Source: Candidatus Saccharimonadota bacterium (lineage in GTDB: Bacteria > Patescibacteriota > Gracilibacteria > UBA1369 > 2-02-FULL-48-14). Taken from it: 32,000 nt of DNA. Positions 15,070 to 24,809 of the stretch are shown in pieces (the stretch's first letter is position 1; every line of letters starts with the position of its first letter). A program made the position numbers and the translations under genes. Below the pieces are notes generated by a model that searched no databases, had not been told where the DNA came from, and was given only the letters and a program-made list of their open reading frames with translations. The stretch is from contig CP064962.1 in NCBI GenBank assembly GCA_016699145.1, positions 120,001 through 152,000 of the forward strand. Direction: 5' to 3'.

Positions 15070-15792
15070 TCACTCAGGAGTAACCGTAGCAGCAACATTG
15101 AGGGCTCGGTTTATATTGGCAACCGCATCAAGAATATGTTGACGTTTGGCATTTAAAATCTCTAGCATTGTTTCATCACGATCTTCTCCTAAAAGAGGAA
15201 TTTGAGCTGAATTTATCTCGTTTAGAGCTAACAATAACTGATCTCGAGTTTTTCTCAAAACTTGATCAACATCAACTTTCGATGGCATACCTTCTGGAAG
15301 AACGGACTCCGTATCAACCTGATTATCTACCTTCATTCTAGAAGAGAGAATCCTCCTAGGACGGGCGGTTTTTGCAATCTTTGGCTTAAATCGAAGCTGT
15401 TGAACATCCACACAAAAAGCCAAAAATAACTTCTTAAGTCCATCATCAAAGCCATAAAACTCTGCTAAACGCGTATAGCGAAGGTCTTTATCGGCAAAGT
15501 TCCGCTTAGGACCACGAAAAAACTGACCATACGTTTCCATTAAGTGAATAAAGTTAGGGTAACAGCCCACTTCTTTCTCAACTCGAGGACGACTTTCCCC
15601 CCAATAAGTTCTCACTTCCTTGAGAAGTTGACCTGCAAAAGTCTGAACACTTTCCTCTGTCGAAGGATAAGGGGGGATTTGGAATCCAATCTCTCTCAAT
15701 TGTTCAAGAAAAGATCCATGCCTTTTAAGAAAGGCCTTTACTTCATCGATTTGATCATTGACATTAACATTGTTTTTTAAAATATTTGACAT
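15070..15792 (-). CDS. Hypothetical protein (240 aa), lower-GC single-gene insert
   Basis: Long ORF with a clean ATG and plausible composition. There is a possible HTH-like segment (VEKEVGCYPNFIHLMETYGQ) and a C-terminal helical region. No confident family assignment. Confidence 0.55.
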   Translation of the reverse strand: MSNILKNNVNVNDQIDEVKAFLKRHGSFLEQLREIGFQIPPYPSTEESVQTFAGQLLKEVRTYWGESRPRVEKEVGCYPNFIHLMETYGQFFRGPKRNFADKDLRYTRLAEFYGFDDGLKKLFLAFCVDVQQLRFKPKIAKTARPRRILSSRMKVDNQVDTESVLPEGMPSKVDVDQVLRKTRDQLLLALNEINSAQIPLLGEDRDETMLEILNAKRQHILDAVANINRALNVAATVTPE

Positions 15793-15948
15793 AAAGAACT
15801 AAAATTTAGAATCACCACCCAATCCAGTTGCCCCGGAAGGCAAGGCATCATCCTAATCCAAACCCTAAACTTGTCAAGGCGTTTGCTTTGAAAGCGATTT
15901 TAGCTTAAAAGGAAGCCTGTTATTCTTCTGCAAAAGATAAACAAGTCT

Positions 15949-18900
15949 ATGTACCGTCCTATTGATCCTAAAACGCACCTGCCCGACGTCGAGCACAAAC
16001 ACCTAGAATACTGGAAAGCTGCCAAAATTTTCGAACGCTCTGTTGAGCAAAGAAAAGGATGCGAAAAATACGTCTTCTTTGATGGACCTCCCTTCGCCAA
16101 TGGCTTGCCACACTATGGCCACATCATGGCCAACGCCCTCAAAGACGCCGTAACGCGTTACTTCACCATGCGCGGCTATTACGTCCCTCGCACCAACGGC
16201 TGGGATTGCCACGGACTCCCAGTGGAATACGAAATCGAAAAAGAACTGGGACTTTCAGGACGAAAAGACATTCTCGAAATGGGCGTGGAGCAATTCAACA
16301 CCAAATGTCGCGAATCCGTTTTCCGCTACACCGCTCAGTGGGAAGAACTTTTGAACCGCATCGCTCGCTGGGTGAACATTGACGATTCTTACGCCACCCT
16401 CGATGCCGATTACATGGAATCCATCTGGTGGGTTTTCAAAACCATTTGGGAAAAGGGAATGGTTTATCAGGATTTCAAGTCCATGCACACCTGTCCCCGT
16501 TGCGCGACGCCACTCTCTAATTTTGAAGTGTCGTTGGGTTATAAAGATGTGACCGACCTCACCGTCACCGCACAATTCCAGTCCAAGAAAGACCCCAATC
16601 TTTACTTCCTGGCTTGGACCACCACACCTTGGACTCTGCCCGGGAACGCCGCCCTCGCAGTGGGCCCCGACATCGACTATGTGCGCGTGAACAAAGATGG
16701 AAAATCCTTCATCCTAGCCAAAGCTCTGTTAGAAAAACACTTTGAACTCGACGGCCTCACTATTGAAGAGGAAGTCAAAGGCTCTCAGCTTGTGGGTGAA
16801 ACCTACGAACCGCTTTTCTCTTACTACCAAAATGCCAAACTTCCTGGCATCGAAAATTGCTGGAAGGTGATTGCGGCCGACTTCGTCACCACAGAAGATG
16901 GAACAGGCATCGTGCACATCGCTCCCGGCTACGGAGAAGAGGACCACCTCGTGGGTAAAAAGAGGGCATTGCCGTGATTCAACACGTGAACATGGCCGGG
17001 CTTTTCGAACCTGAAGTCACTGACTTTGCTGGAAAATTTGTAAAAGGCCAGGAGCAAAACATCGCCGCTTGGCTGGAGGAACACAAAAAACTCTTCAAAA
17101 AAGAAAACCATCGTCACAGTTACCCTCATTGCTGGCGCTGCGACACACCACTCCTGAATTTTGCCACCAAAGGCTGGTTCGTGCGCGTGACCGAAATCAA
17201 GGATAAACTCTTGGCAAACAATCAAAAAATCCACTGGCAACCCGACCACATTCAAGAAGGTCGCTTTGGAAAATGGCTCGAAGGTGTGCGGGATTGGAAC
17301 ATTTCACGCAACCGTTTTTGGGGCTGCCCCATCCCAATTTGGGAATGTGAAAGCTGCAAAGCTCAAGACTGCATCGGTTCTGTGGAAGAACTGGGTAAGC
17401 GCAATGGCGGAAAACTGCCTCAGCGAGACGGTCAGCTCGACCTCCACAAACCCTACATCGACGAAGTGACTTTGCCTTGTGAAAAGTGTCCCGGAACCAT
17501 GAAGCGCATTCCTGAAGTGCTCGACTGCTGGTTTGAATCCGGAGCCATGCCTTATGCGCAACTCCACTATCCCTTTGAAAACAAGGAGGAATTCGAAAAA
17601 AACTTCCCAGCCAACTTCATTGCCGAAGGGCTGGATCAAACTCGCGGCTGGTTCTACACCCTACACGTGCTCGCCACTTTGCTCTTCGACAAACCCGCCT
17701 TCCAAAATGTGATTGTGAATGGAATTTTGCTGGCCGCCGACGGAGAAAAACTCTCCAAACGCAAAAAGAATTATCCCGACCCCAGTGGCCTTTTCGAGTC
17801 CAAAGGCGTCGACACCACTCGCATGTTCCTCTACAGCTCCACCGCTCCGCTCGCCGAAGACGTGCGTTTTTCGGAGCAAGCTGTAGAAGATTTGATGAAA
17901 AAATTCACCCTCACTCTCTGGAACACCTACAGTTTCTACGTGACTTATGCGAACATCGACAAGGTGCAGCCCACTCTCATGGAAGGGGAGCCCAAACACA
18001 AACTCGATCAATGGATTCTTTCTCGCCTCAACGGCATTATGGAAGAGACCACAAAAAATATGGAGGAATACAATCTCACCAAAGCCACCCGTCCGCTCAT
18101 CGATTTTGTGGACGAACTTTCCAATTGGTACGTGCGCCGCAGCCGTCGTCGTTTTTGGAAATCCGAAAATGATGGAGACAAAGTCGAGGCCTATCAAACG
18201 CTCTACACGGTGCTGGTGAAATTCAGTCAGCTGCTGGCACCCTTCATGCCCTTCCTTTCTGACGAAATTTATCGCAACTTAACGGGGGCAGAATCCGTGC
18301 ATCTCACCGACTGGCCCACCGTCAACAACGCTCAAATCAAACCGGAACTGGATAAAGAAATCGCGCTGGCTCGTCGCATCGTAAATTTGGGTCATGCCAT
18401 TCGCGGAGCTAAAAAAATCCGCGTGCGTCAACCGCTGGCCAAAGTCACAGTCGGTTTACCCAAATCCATAAACCCCGAGGTGGTGCTGCTCCAAAAAGAG
18501 GTGATTCTCGAAGAACTCAACGTCAAAGATCTTGAAATCCTCAAAGACGCTGGGGAAGTGGCCGAATTTGTAGCCCTGCCCAACGCCAAATTGCTCGGTC
18601 CCAAATACGGCAAAGATGTTCAACGCATCATCCAAGAAGCCAAGGCCGGCAAATTCGAGGTGCTGCCTGACCATTCTGTAAAAGTAGCCGAATTCACTTT
18701 GCTGCCCACTGAAATCGAACTCGCCTTCAAAGGCAAAGAAGGCTTCGACGTGGAATCCGAAGAAGGAACTGTCGTCGCGCTCGACACTCAAGTCACCGAT
18801 GAACTCTATGCCGAAGGCCTCATGCGTGAGGTGGTTCGACTGGTTCAAGACGCCCGCAAGGAAGCCGGTTACGAGGTCAGTGATCGTATCCAACTTCAAC

Positions 18901-19067
18901 TCAAAACCAATGGCAAACTTGAAAGCGCCATCATCACCTGGCAAGACCTCATCAAGACCGAAACCTTGACTGAAGATCTTCAACTCAGCGGAGACATGGA
19001 CTACGACCTCGAAAAAACTTTCGAAATCGACGGATTCTCTGCTACACTTGCGGTGAAGAAACGTTAA
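15949..19067 (+). CDS. ileS: Isoleucyl-tRNA synthetase, type 2, split into two ORFs by a 1-nt frameshift at the A5 run 16957-16961
   Basis: The N-terminal ORF (15949-16977) carries FFDGPPFANGLPHYGH (HIGH region). The C-terminal ORF (from 16974) carries KLSKRKKN (KMSKS), and together they total ~1040 aa. The homologous sequence continues as GKK-EGIAVIQHVNMAG only after shifting -1 at GGT AAA AAG. Confidence 0.9.
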
Positions 19068-19075
19068 TCCACTTT

Positions 19076-19441
19076 ATGAGCATTCTTTATACCCTCATCG
19101 CCAACGGACTCGCCCTCTTTTTCGCAAGCCAAATTTTGGACGGTTTAACTTTTACGGGCGGAATTCCCACTTACCTGATTGTAGCGGCTCTCATCAGCCT
19201 TTTGAATCTCATTCTAAAACCCATTTTAAAAGTCCTTTCTTTCCCTCTTATTTTCTTCACAGGAGGGCTTTTCCTCATCGTCATCAACGCTCTCATTCTC
19301 TATCTGGCGCAATATTTGCTCACCGTTATGGATTTCACCGGCCTTTCCATGAGCGTGGACAAACCCTTGACCTATCTGCTTGCGGCAGCTATCTTTGGCG
19401 TCGCAAATTGGCTCATTCACTGGTTCTTAAAAGACGAATAA
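19076..19441 (+). CDS. DUF360 / phage-holin-family-4-like membrane protein
   Basis: 121 aa with four hydrophobic helices. The LNLILKPILKVLSFPLIFFTGGLFLIVINALIL pattern is typical of PF04020. Confidence 0.6.
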   Translation: MSILYTLIANGLALFFASQILDGLTFTGGIPTYLIVAALISLLNLILKPILKVLSFPLIFFTGGLFLIVINALILYLAQYLLTVMDFTGLSMSVDKPLTYLLAAAIFGVANWLIHWFLKDE

Positions 19442-19660
19442 ATGCAAACCACCATTCTCATCATTCAACAGGTTATCGGCGTACTGCTCATCTTGCTCAT
19501 TTTGATTCAAGAAAAGGGAAGTGGCCTTGGGGAAGCCATTGGAGGAGTAGGAGGCACCTATCAAAGCACCAAACGGGGGGCTGAAAAGGTTTTGTCCCGC
19601 ACCACAGTGCTTTTTTTGTTCATTTTCCTAGGACTTTCACTCACGCTTAACTTCATCTAA
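19442..19660 (+). CDS. secG: Preprotein translocase subunit SecG
   Basis: 72 aa with two TM helices separated by the QEKGSGLGEAIGG Gly-rich loop. Confidence 0.75.
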   Translation: MQTTILIIQQVIGVLLILLILIQEKGSGLGEAIGGVGGTYQSTKRGAEKVLSRTTVLFLFIFLGLSLTLNFI

Positions 19661-21309
19661 TGAATCTCTTCGTACGTACCTTAAAGTCCTTTTCTACAAA
19701 GGAACGATGGGTCGCCGGAGCTTTCCTTCTGGTGTTCGTGGGGACTTTGTTTTCCCTGATTTTTCAAACCCTTCTCGATTTCAATCCTGGGCAAAGCAAA
19801 ACTTATACCGAAGGAATTGTGGGAGAAATCACTCACTTAAACCCTGTTTTTACTGAATTCAGTGAAGCAGATGCAGACATTTCCAGCCTTATTTTTTCAG
19901 GATTGGTCAAATACAATCCTCAAAAGGCCAGTTTTGATGAAGACATGGCCACCCACACCTTGAGTGAGGACAAGCTGACCTACACCTTCACCTTAAAAAA
20001 CAATTTATTTTGGCACGATGGAACGCCCGTCAGTACCGACGATGTTTATTTCACCTTCGCCGAAGTCATTCAGTCCCCTGATTTCAGCAACACTCTGCTC
20101 AAATCCAATTTTGATGGAGTAAAAATTGAAGCAAGCAACAGCCGCACGGTGGCTTTCACTCTCAATTCACCCAATTCTTTCTTCTTCACTTCTCTCACCG
20201 TGGGTCTTTTACCCAAACACCTGCTGGGGGGCATTCCCGTGGCCGATCTAGACGAAGATGAGTTCAACAAATTTCCCATCGGAACCGGTCCTTATAAAGT
20301 GGAAGAAGCCTACACTCTGAACGAAGACGGAAGCAGCACTGTCACCCTCACCGCAAACGAAGACTATTACGGGGACACTGCCTCCTTAAAAAAGATCCGT
20401 TTTGTGGCTTACCCCACCATCACCGACCTCATTGAAAACAGATCAACCTGGCATGGAGCCGCCCGTATCAAAGCCAGCTCACTCGAAGAAATGGATCTAA
20501 CCGACCTCACGCCTTACGAGTACGAACTGCCTCAATACACCGCTCTCTTTTTCAACACCGATGCCCCTTTTCTCACTCGAAACAAAGAACGCCTGGGCCT
20601 CGCCAAAGCCATCGATAAAGAGGCAATCATCACCGCCATTGGAGGGGGCGCACAAATAGACACTCCGCTTTTGGAATTGGATCAAGAAGAATGGATCAAC
20701 AAATGGAATAAAGAAGAAGCCATGGGTGCTCTTTTCGACGCCGGTTGGGAATGGACCGAAGGCGATGAATTCCGAAGCAATGAAGAAGGGACCGTTTTGA
20801 GTCTCAGACTCCTTCGTCGCGATTTTTCCACGACCAATCCACCTCAAGAAGAGGTGACTGAAAAAACAGCAGAACTTATAAAAGAGCAACTCGCAAGCGT
20901 GGGTATCCAGGTTCAAATCGAAGCCTATCCCATGGAAGAACTCAGTCAAAAAATCTTGGCACGAGATTACGACATGCTGCTTTATGGTCAAAGTTTAGGC
21001 TACAACCTCGACACCTTTGCTTATTGGCATTCCAGCCAAGCCACCGAAACTGGATTCAATCTTTCCAATTATCAAAACCCCTCTGCCGACCTGCTCATCG
21101 AAAAAATCCGCGGCAGTTTTGATTCCAGTGAACGCGAAGATCTGCTTAAAAAATTGGCCAGCACCATAGCCGAAGACATTCCCGCTGTTTTCCTTTATAG
21201 CCCAACCTTTTATTACGTAGTGGATTCCAAAGTCACCGGCATAGAATATCGAAAACTCTTGCTTCCCAAAGACCGTTTGGTCAATATAACGGAGTGGGAT
21301 TTTAACTGA
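19660..21309 (+). CDS. ABC transporter substrate-binding protein, family 5 (peptide/nickel type)
   Basis: 549 aa with an N-terminal TM/signal anchor. WHDGTPVSTDDVYFTF and LGLAKAIDKEAII motifs. Its ATG overlaps the secG stop (TAATG). Confidence 0.75.
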   Translation: MNLFVRTLKSFSTKERWVAGAFLLVFVGTLFSLIFQTLLDFNPGQSKTYTEGIVGEITHLNPVFTEFSEADADISSLIFSGLVKYNPQKASFDEDMATHTLSEDKLTYTFTLKNNLFWHDGTPVSTDDVYFTFAEVIQSPDFSNTLLKSNFDGVKIEASNSRTVAFTLNSPNSFFFTSLTVGLLPKHLLGGIPVADLDEDEFNKFPIGTGPYKVEEAYTLNEDGSSTVTLTANEDYYGDTASLKKIRFVAYPTITDLIENRSTWHGAARIKASSLEEMDLTDLTPYEYELPQYTALFFNTDAPFLTRNKERLGLAKAIDKEAIITAIGGGAQIDTPLLELDQEEWINKWNKEEAMGALFDAGWEWTEGDEFRSNEEGTVLSLRLLRRDFSTTNPPQEEVTEKTAELIKEQLASVGIQVQIEAYPMEELSQKILARDYDMLLYGQSLGYNLDTFAYWHSSQATETGFNLSNYQNPSADLLIEKIRGSFDSSEREDLLKKLASTIAEDIPAVFLYSPTFYYVVDSKVTGIEYRKLLLPKDRLVNITEWDFN

Positions 21310-21315
21310 TTGCTT

Positions 21316-21759
21316 ATGAAAGTCATTCTGACCAGTCACATCAAAGGAGTAGGCCAAAAAGGCGAAATCAAAGACGTCTCAGACGGTTACTTTCAAAATT
21401 TCTTGGCTCCTCGCAAACTTGCGGTCATGGCCACTGCTGGGAAAGTGAATTTGGTCACGGCACAAAAAGCCAAAGCCGTAGAAAAATTGGAAAACATGAA
21501 AGAAAGCGCCTTGGCCGTGAAAGCAAAAGTACAGGGCAAAACAGTAGAACTGAAGGGAAAGAGCAGTGAAGGTGAAGAACTGTACGCCGCCCTCCATGCA
21601 AAAGAACTGCGCCTAGCCCTAAAAACCCAACTGGGAGTGGACATTCCTGAAAAGCAAATTGAAATGGAATCCATCAAAAGCACCGGTTCTTACACGCTCA
21701 CTTTGAAGCTCTACAAAGACGTTCAAGTACAAATTCAAGTGCAGGTCCACGCCGCTTAA
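21316..21759 (+). CDS. rplI: 50S ribosomal protein L9
   Basis: MKVILTSHIKGVGQKGEIKDVSDGYFQNFLAPRKLA is the canonical L9 N-terminus. ATG 21316 is preferred over the TTG 21310 of the track. Confidence 0.9.
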   Translation: MKVILTSHIKGVGQKGEIKDVSDGYFQNFLAPRKLAVMATAGKVNLVTAQKAKAVEKLENMKESALAVKAKVQGKTVELKGKSSEGEELYAALHAKELRLALKTQLGVDIPEKQIEMESIKSTGSYTLTLKLYKDVQVQIQVQVHAA

Positions 21760-21769
21760 CCCCTGCTCC

Positions 21770-22192
21770 GTGCTTCTTCCGATTCAAGGAAAAATCCTTG
21801 CCCTCGACCTTGGAACTCGCCGCACCGGCGTGGCCATTAGCGACGTCAAACAAACGGTGGCTTTTGCAAGGCCTGAAATCGAGCATAAAAACACTAAGGA
21901 ACTTTTAGAACAAATTCAAAGACTGGCCACTTCCGAGCCCCTCACTGGCCTCTTACTCGGTCGCCCCACTAAATTGGACGGAGAAGCAACCGAACAAACT
22001 CGCCTTGTTGAAGAAGCTGCTGAAGCACTTCAAACTCTCGGCCTACCTATGGAATTCATGGATGAGCGTCTCAGCACCCAGTTCGCTCAAAACCTACATG
22101 GGTTTCAAACCAAGGAAAGCCACCATGACAGCCGCGCGGCACAAATCTTACTCGAAACCCATCTCTCTTCTTTAAGTTCATTGGGCCAGTAA
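21770..22192 (+). CDS. ruvX: Putative pre-16S rRNA nuclease / Holliday-junction-resolvase-like YqgF
   Basis: ILALDLGTRRTGVAISD N-terminal motif, ~140 aa, GTG start. Confidence 0.8.
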   Translation: MLLPIQGKILALDLGTRRTGVAISDVKQTVAFARPEIEHKNTKELLEQIQRLATSEPLTGLLLGRPTKLDGEATEQTRLVEEAAEALQTLGLPMEFMDERLSTQFAQNLHGFQTKESHHDSRAAQILLETHLSSLSSLGQ

Positions 22193-23356
22193 AGCCTCCA
22201 CTCCGGGCAGCATTTTTCCTTCCAAAAATTCCAGCATGGCTCCTCCGCCGGTAGAAATATGGGTGAATTTTTCGATAGGCACTCCAAAGTGGGTGAGGGC
22301 ATCGATGGTGTCTCCGCCGCCAATCACTTTCACAGCTGGGAGTTCAGCCAGAGCCTCCGCCAATTCGCGAGTTCCCGCCGCAAAAGACTCCACCTCGTAA
22401 AGCCCCATGGGACCATTCCACAAAACAGTGGCTACGCTCGCAAGTGCATCCGCAAACGCAGCTCGGGTTTGAGTGCCCAAATCCAAAATCTTTTGCCCCG
22501 CAGGTACGGCATTCACAGCCACTTCTTGAGTGGGAAGTCCCGGAGTGATGTCCGCAGCCACCACCACATCCGTAGGCAGCAGCACTGTTTTGCCTGCCGC
22601 AGTTGCCAAAAAGCGTTTAGCGACTTCCACTTTTTCCACTTCACACAAAGAAGTCCCAATGGAGTAGCCCTGCGCCAATAAAAAAGTATTCGCCAAAGCT
22701 CCTCCAATCACAAAAACATCGGCAATGTCCAAAAACTTTTCCAAAATCCCAATTTTAGTGTCGATCTTTGCACCTCCAACCACCAAAGCCACCGGTTTTT
22801 TAGGGTGCTCCAAAATGCCACTCAAAACATCCACTTCTTTTTGGACCAAAAAGCCCGCGTACGAAGGGAGATATTTGGTGACCCCCACGGTACTGGCATG
22901 GGCCCGATGCACGGTGCCAAACGCATCACTCACATAAAGGTCTTTTCCTTCTGCGAGCGCGGCCGCAAAAGCTGCATCGTTCGCCTCTTCTTCGGGATGG
23001 AACCTCAAATTTTCCAAGAGCAAAACCGTGCCAAAAGGGACTGCCGAAATGGCAGTCAAAACCTCAGGACCAATGCAATCGTTCAATTTCAAAACGGGCT
23101 TACCAAGCAATTTAGAAAGTTCAAAACCCACCGCATCCAAACGAAGTTCCTCCATCACTTGCCCCTTGGGGCGGCCCAAATGAGAACACAGCACCACTTT
23201 GGCGCCTTTTTCAAGGAGGAATTGAATCGTGGGCAGGCTTTCCACCAAGCGAGTCTTGTCCTGAACCTCTCCATTTTTAAGGGGAACATTGAAATCTGCG
23301 CGAAGTAAAATCGTCTTTTCATCCACCGAAGTTTGGGCAAGGGTACGAAGCTGCAT
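22178..23356 (-). CDS. pgk: Phosphoglycerate kinase
   Basis: 392 aa. RADFNVP, SHLGRPKG, and the GGGDT...STGGGA C-terminal motifs. Its 3' end overlaps ruvX by 15 nt (convergent). Confidence 0.93.
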   Translation of the reverse strand: MQLRTLAQTSVDEKTILLRADFNVPLKNGEVQDKTRLVESLPTIQFLLEKGAKVVLCSHLGRPKGQVMEELRLDAVGFELSKLLGKPVLKLNDCIGPEVLTAISAVPFGTVLLLENLRFHPEEEANDAAFAAALAEGKDLYVSDAFGTVHRAHASTVGVTKYLPSYAGFLVQKEVDVLSGILEHPKKPVALVVGGAKIDTKIGILEKFLDIADVFVIGGALANTFLLAQGYSIGTSLCEVEKVEVAKRFLATAAGKTVLLPTDVVVAADITPGLPTQEVAVNAVPAGQKILDLGTQTRAAFADALASVATVLWNGPMGLYEVESFAAGTRELAEALAELPAVKVIGGGDTIDALTHFGVPIEKFTHISTGGGAMLEFLEGKMLPGVEALLAQ

Positions 23357-23415
23357 AAAAAAGATTAAATCACCTTCATTTTAAGGTAACCCAAGGAATA
23401 AGAAAAAAGAAATGC

Positions 23416-23444
23416 GTGACAAAGCTTGAAAAAAATGGTAGAAT
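23416..23444 (+). promoter_or_regulatory. Putative promoter giving a leaderless mRNA for ORF 23451
   Basis: GTGACA (23416-23421), a 17-nt spacer ending in TGG, then TAGAAT (23439-23444). The ATG at 23451 begins 7 nt after the -10 hexamer, and there is no Shine-Dalgarno sequence. Confidence 0.4.
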
Positions 23445-23450
23445 CCTAAG

Positions 23451-23720
23451 ATGGCCTTCAAGAACCTAAAAATAGACCTACTCAGCGGCACGGGAACCGC
23501 TTTAATCCTCGTGCTTGCCATTGGAGTGACCTACGAACTCTACATTTACGGGATTGAAAACATGGTTTACACCAACAATTACACCACTTCAGTCCTCCTT
23601 TCCGATACTCTAGCCACAGGCACAGGGGTCGCACCGCTCGCTCTTGCCGGGCTCAACTGGTTCATCTGCAAATCTGCCATTAAAAAGTGGCGAAAATTCA
23701 TCCGAAAAATTTTAGATTAG
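23451..23720 (+). CDS. Small membrane protein (89 aa), hypothetical
   Basis: Two hydrophobic segments (GTALILVLAIGV and VAPLALAGLNWFI) and a basic tail. Confidence 0.5.
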   Translation: MAFKNLKIDLLSGTGTALILVLAIGVTYELYIYGIENMVYTNNYTTSVLLSDTLATGTGVAPLALAGLNWFICKSAIKKWRKFIRKILD

Positions 23721-23727
23721 AGGCCCT

Positions 23728-24123
23728 CTAGCGCATTTTTTGAGCCATCTCCGTTGCCACAAAGGCCGCCTCATACCCCTTAGAAATTCGATCCAAGGCT
23801 TTTTGTTTTTCATCCACCATCAGAACTTCAAAAACAATCGGTACCCCTGTTTTCAGCATCACTTCCATGATGCCCTGACTGCACATCTGGCAAACGACCT
23901 CATAATGTTCGGTGTCGCCTTCAATGACGCAGCCCAGCGCAACCACGCAGTCGAATGCCTCCTTCTCAAGCTGATTTTGAATCATGAGGGGGATTTCCAC
24001 CGCTCCCGGCACCTCGAGCACCTTAGCTTCGATATTCTGTTCCGCAAAGCCACGCAGGCATTCTTTCACCAAAGCCTGAGTCACGTCCTCATTGAATCGA
24101 GAATAAACAATCAAAGCATTCAT
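23728..24123 (-). CDS. ribH: 6,7-dimethyl-8-ribityllumazine synthase (short form)
   Basis: VLEVPGAVEIPL...DCVVALGCVIEGDTEHYEVV...GVPIVFEVL matches the RibH core. Its start overlaps the ribE stop as ATGA. Confidence 0.8.
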   Translation of the reverse strand: MNALIVYSRFNEDVTQALVKECLRGFAEQNIEAKVLEVPGAVEIPLMIQNQLEKEAFDCVVALGCVIEGDTEHYEVVCQMCSQGIMEVMLKTGVPIVFEVLMVDEKQKALDRISKGYEAAFVATEMAQKMR

Positions 24124-24704
24124 GTGCGAAACGTTAAAAGGCGATCAAGATAGCGAGCAATCAGATCCACTTCAAGGTTCACGTTGTCGCCCGCCTTCAA
24201 AAGCCCCAAATTCGTCTGCTTCAAAGTTTCGGGAATCAGAGCCATACGAACAAGGTCTGCTTCCACGTCCGCTACAGTCAAACTCACTCCATTGACCACC
24301 AAAGACCCTTTCACGGCTATGAAACGCAAAAGTTCTTCAGGAATTTGGAGCTCAAAATGAGCTCCGGCCTTTTTTACGATACCCATCGCATCCACATGCC
24401 CGCTCATCCATTGTCCACCCAAAGGAGTTTGCAAGGTGAGAGCCGCCTCCAAATGGACCTTTTGCCCCACTTTGAAGCCTCCAAGCGTAGTTTTGCACAA
24501 AGTTTCCTCAACCGCTGTGACTTTGAAGTTTTTTTGAGCAGAATTATAGTATTCAACAGTTAAACACACTCCATCCACGGCAATGCTGGCGCCTTTTTTA
24601 AAGTGCTTGGTCGGCAAACTGCTATGGATGAGCATTTCCAAATTCTTATCTGATGGAGTGCATTTCACAATTTTGCCCAAGTTTTGAACAAGTCCGGTGA
24701 ACAT
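24120..24704 (-). CDS. ribE: Riboflavin synthase alpha chain
   Basis: MFTGLVQNLGKIV start and two lumazine-binding repeats (GASIAVDGVCLTV and GSLVVNGVSLTV). Confidence 0.88.
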   Translation of the reverse strand: MFTGLVQNLGKIVKCTPSDKNLEMLIHSSLPTKHFKKGASIAVDGVCLTVEYYNSAQKNFKVTAVEETLCKTTLGGFKVGQKVHLEAALTLQTPLGGQWMSGHVDAMGIVKKAGAHFELQIPEELLRFIAVKGSLVVNGVSLTVADVEADLVRMALIPETLKQTNLGLLKAGDNVNLEVDLIARYLDRLLTFRT

Positions 24705-24809
24705 TTTGAATTTGTCAGGAAAAGTTAATGCGTTTTTAATGAAAATTTCAGGATTCTATTCAGGTCGCTGGTCTAAAAAAGAAAGGCTTATTCATTAACC
24801 CTTATTTTT

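Noticed and set aside
15793-15948. Possible T-box leader upstream of ileS
   Set aside because: The 156-nt spacer is too short for a typical T-box. I saw no T-box consensus (AAnnnGGGTGGnACCnCG-like) or terminator/antiterminator pair.
16975-16977. In-frame TGA in ileS as evidence for UGA recoding (genetic code 4 or 25, as in some CPR lineages) or selenocysteine
   Set aside because: Reading through gives FNT followed by another TGA three codons later and no IleRS homology; the homology continues in the -1 frame. Several well-supported genes (ppcA, the amidinotransferase-fold gene, the family-5 SBP, the O-antigen-ligase-like gene) terminate at TGA.
24705-24809. Possible FMN (RFN) riboswitch upstream of ribE
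   Set aside because: The region is only 105 nt and AT-rich, and I could not find the conserved RFN core helices or sequence on the minus strand. A covariance-model scan is still needed.
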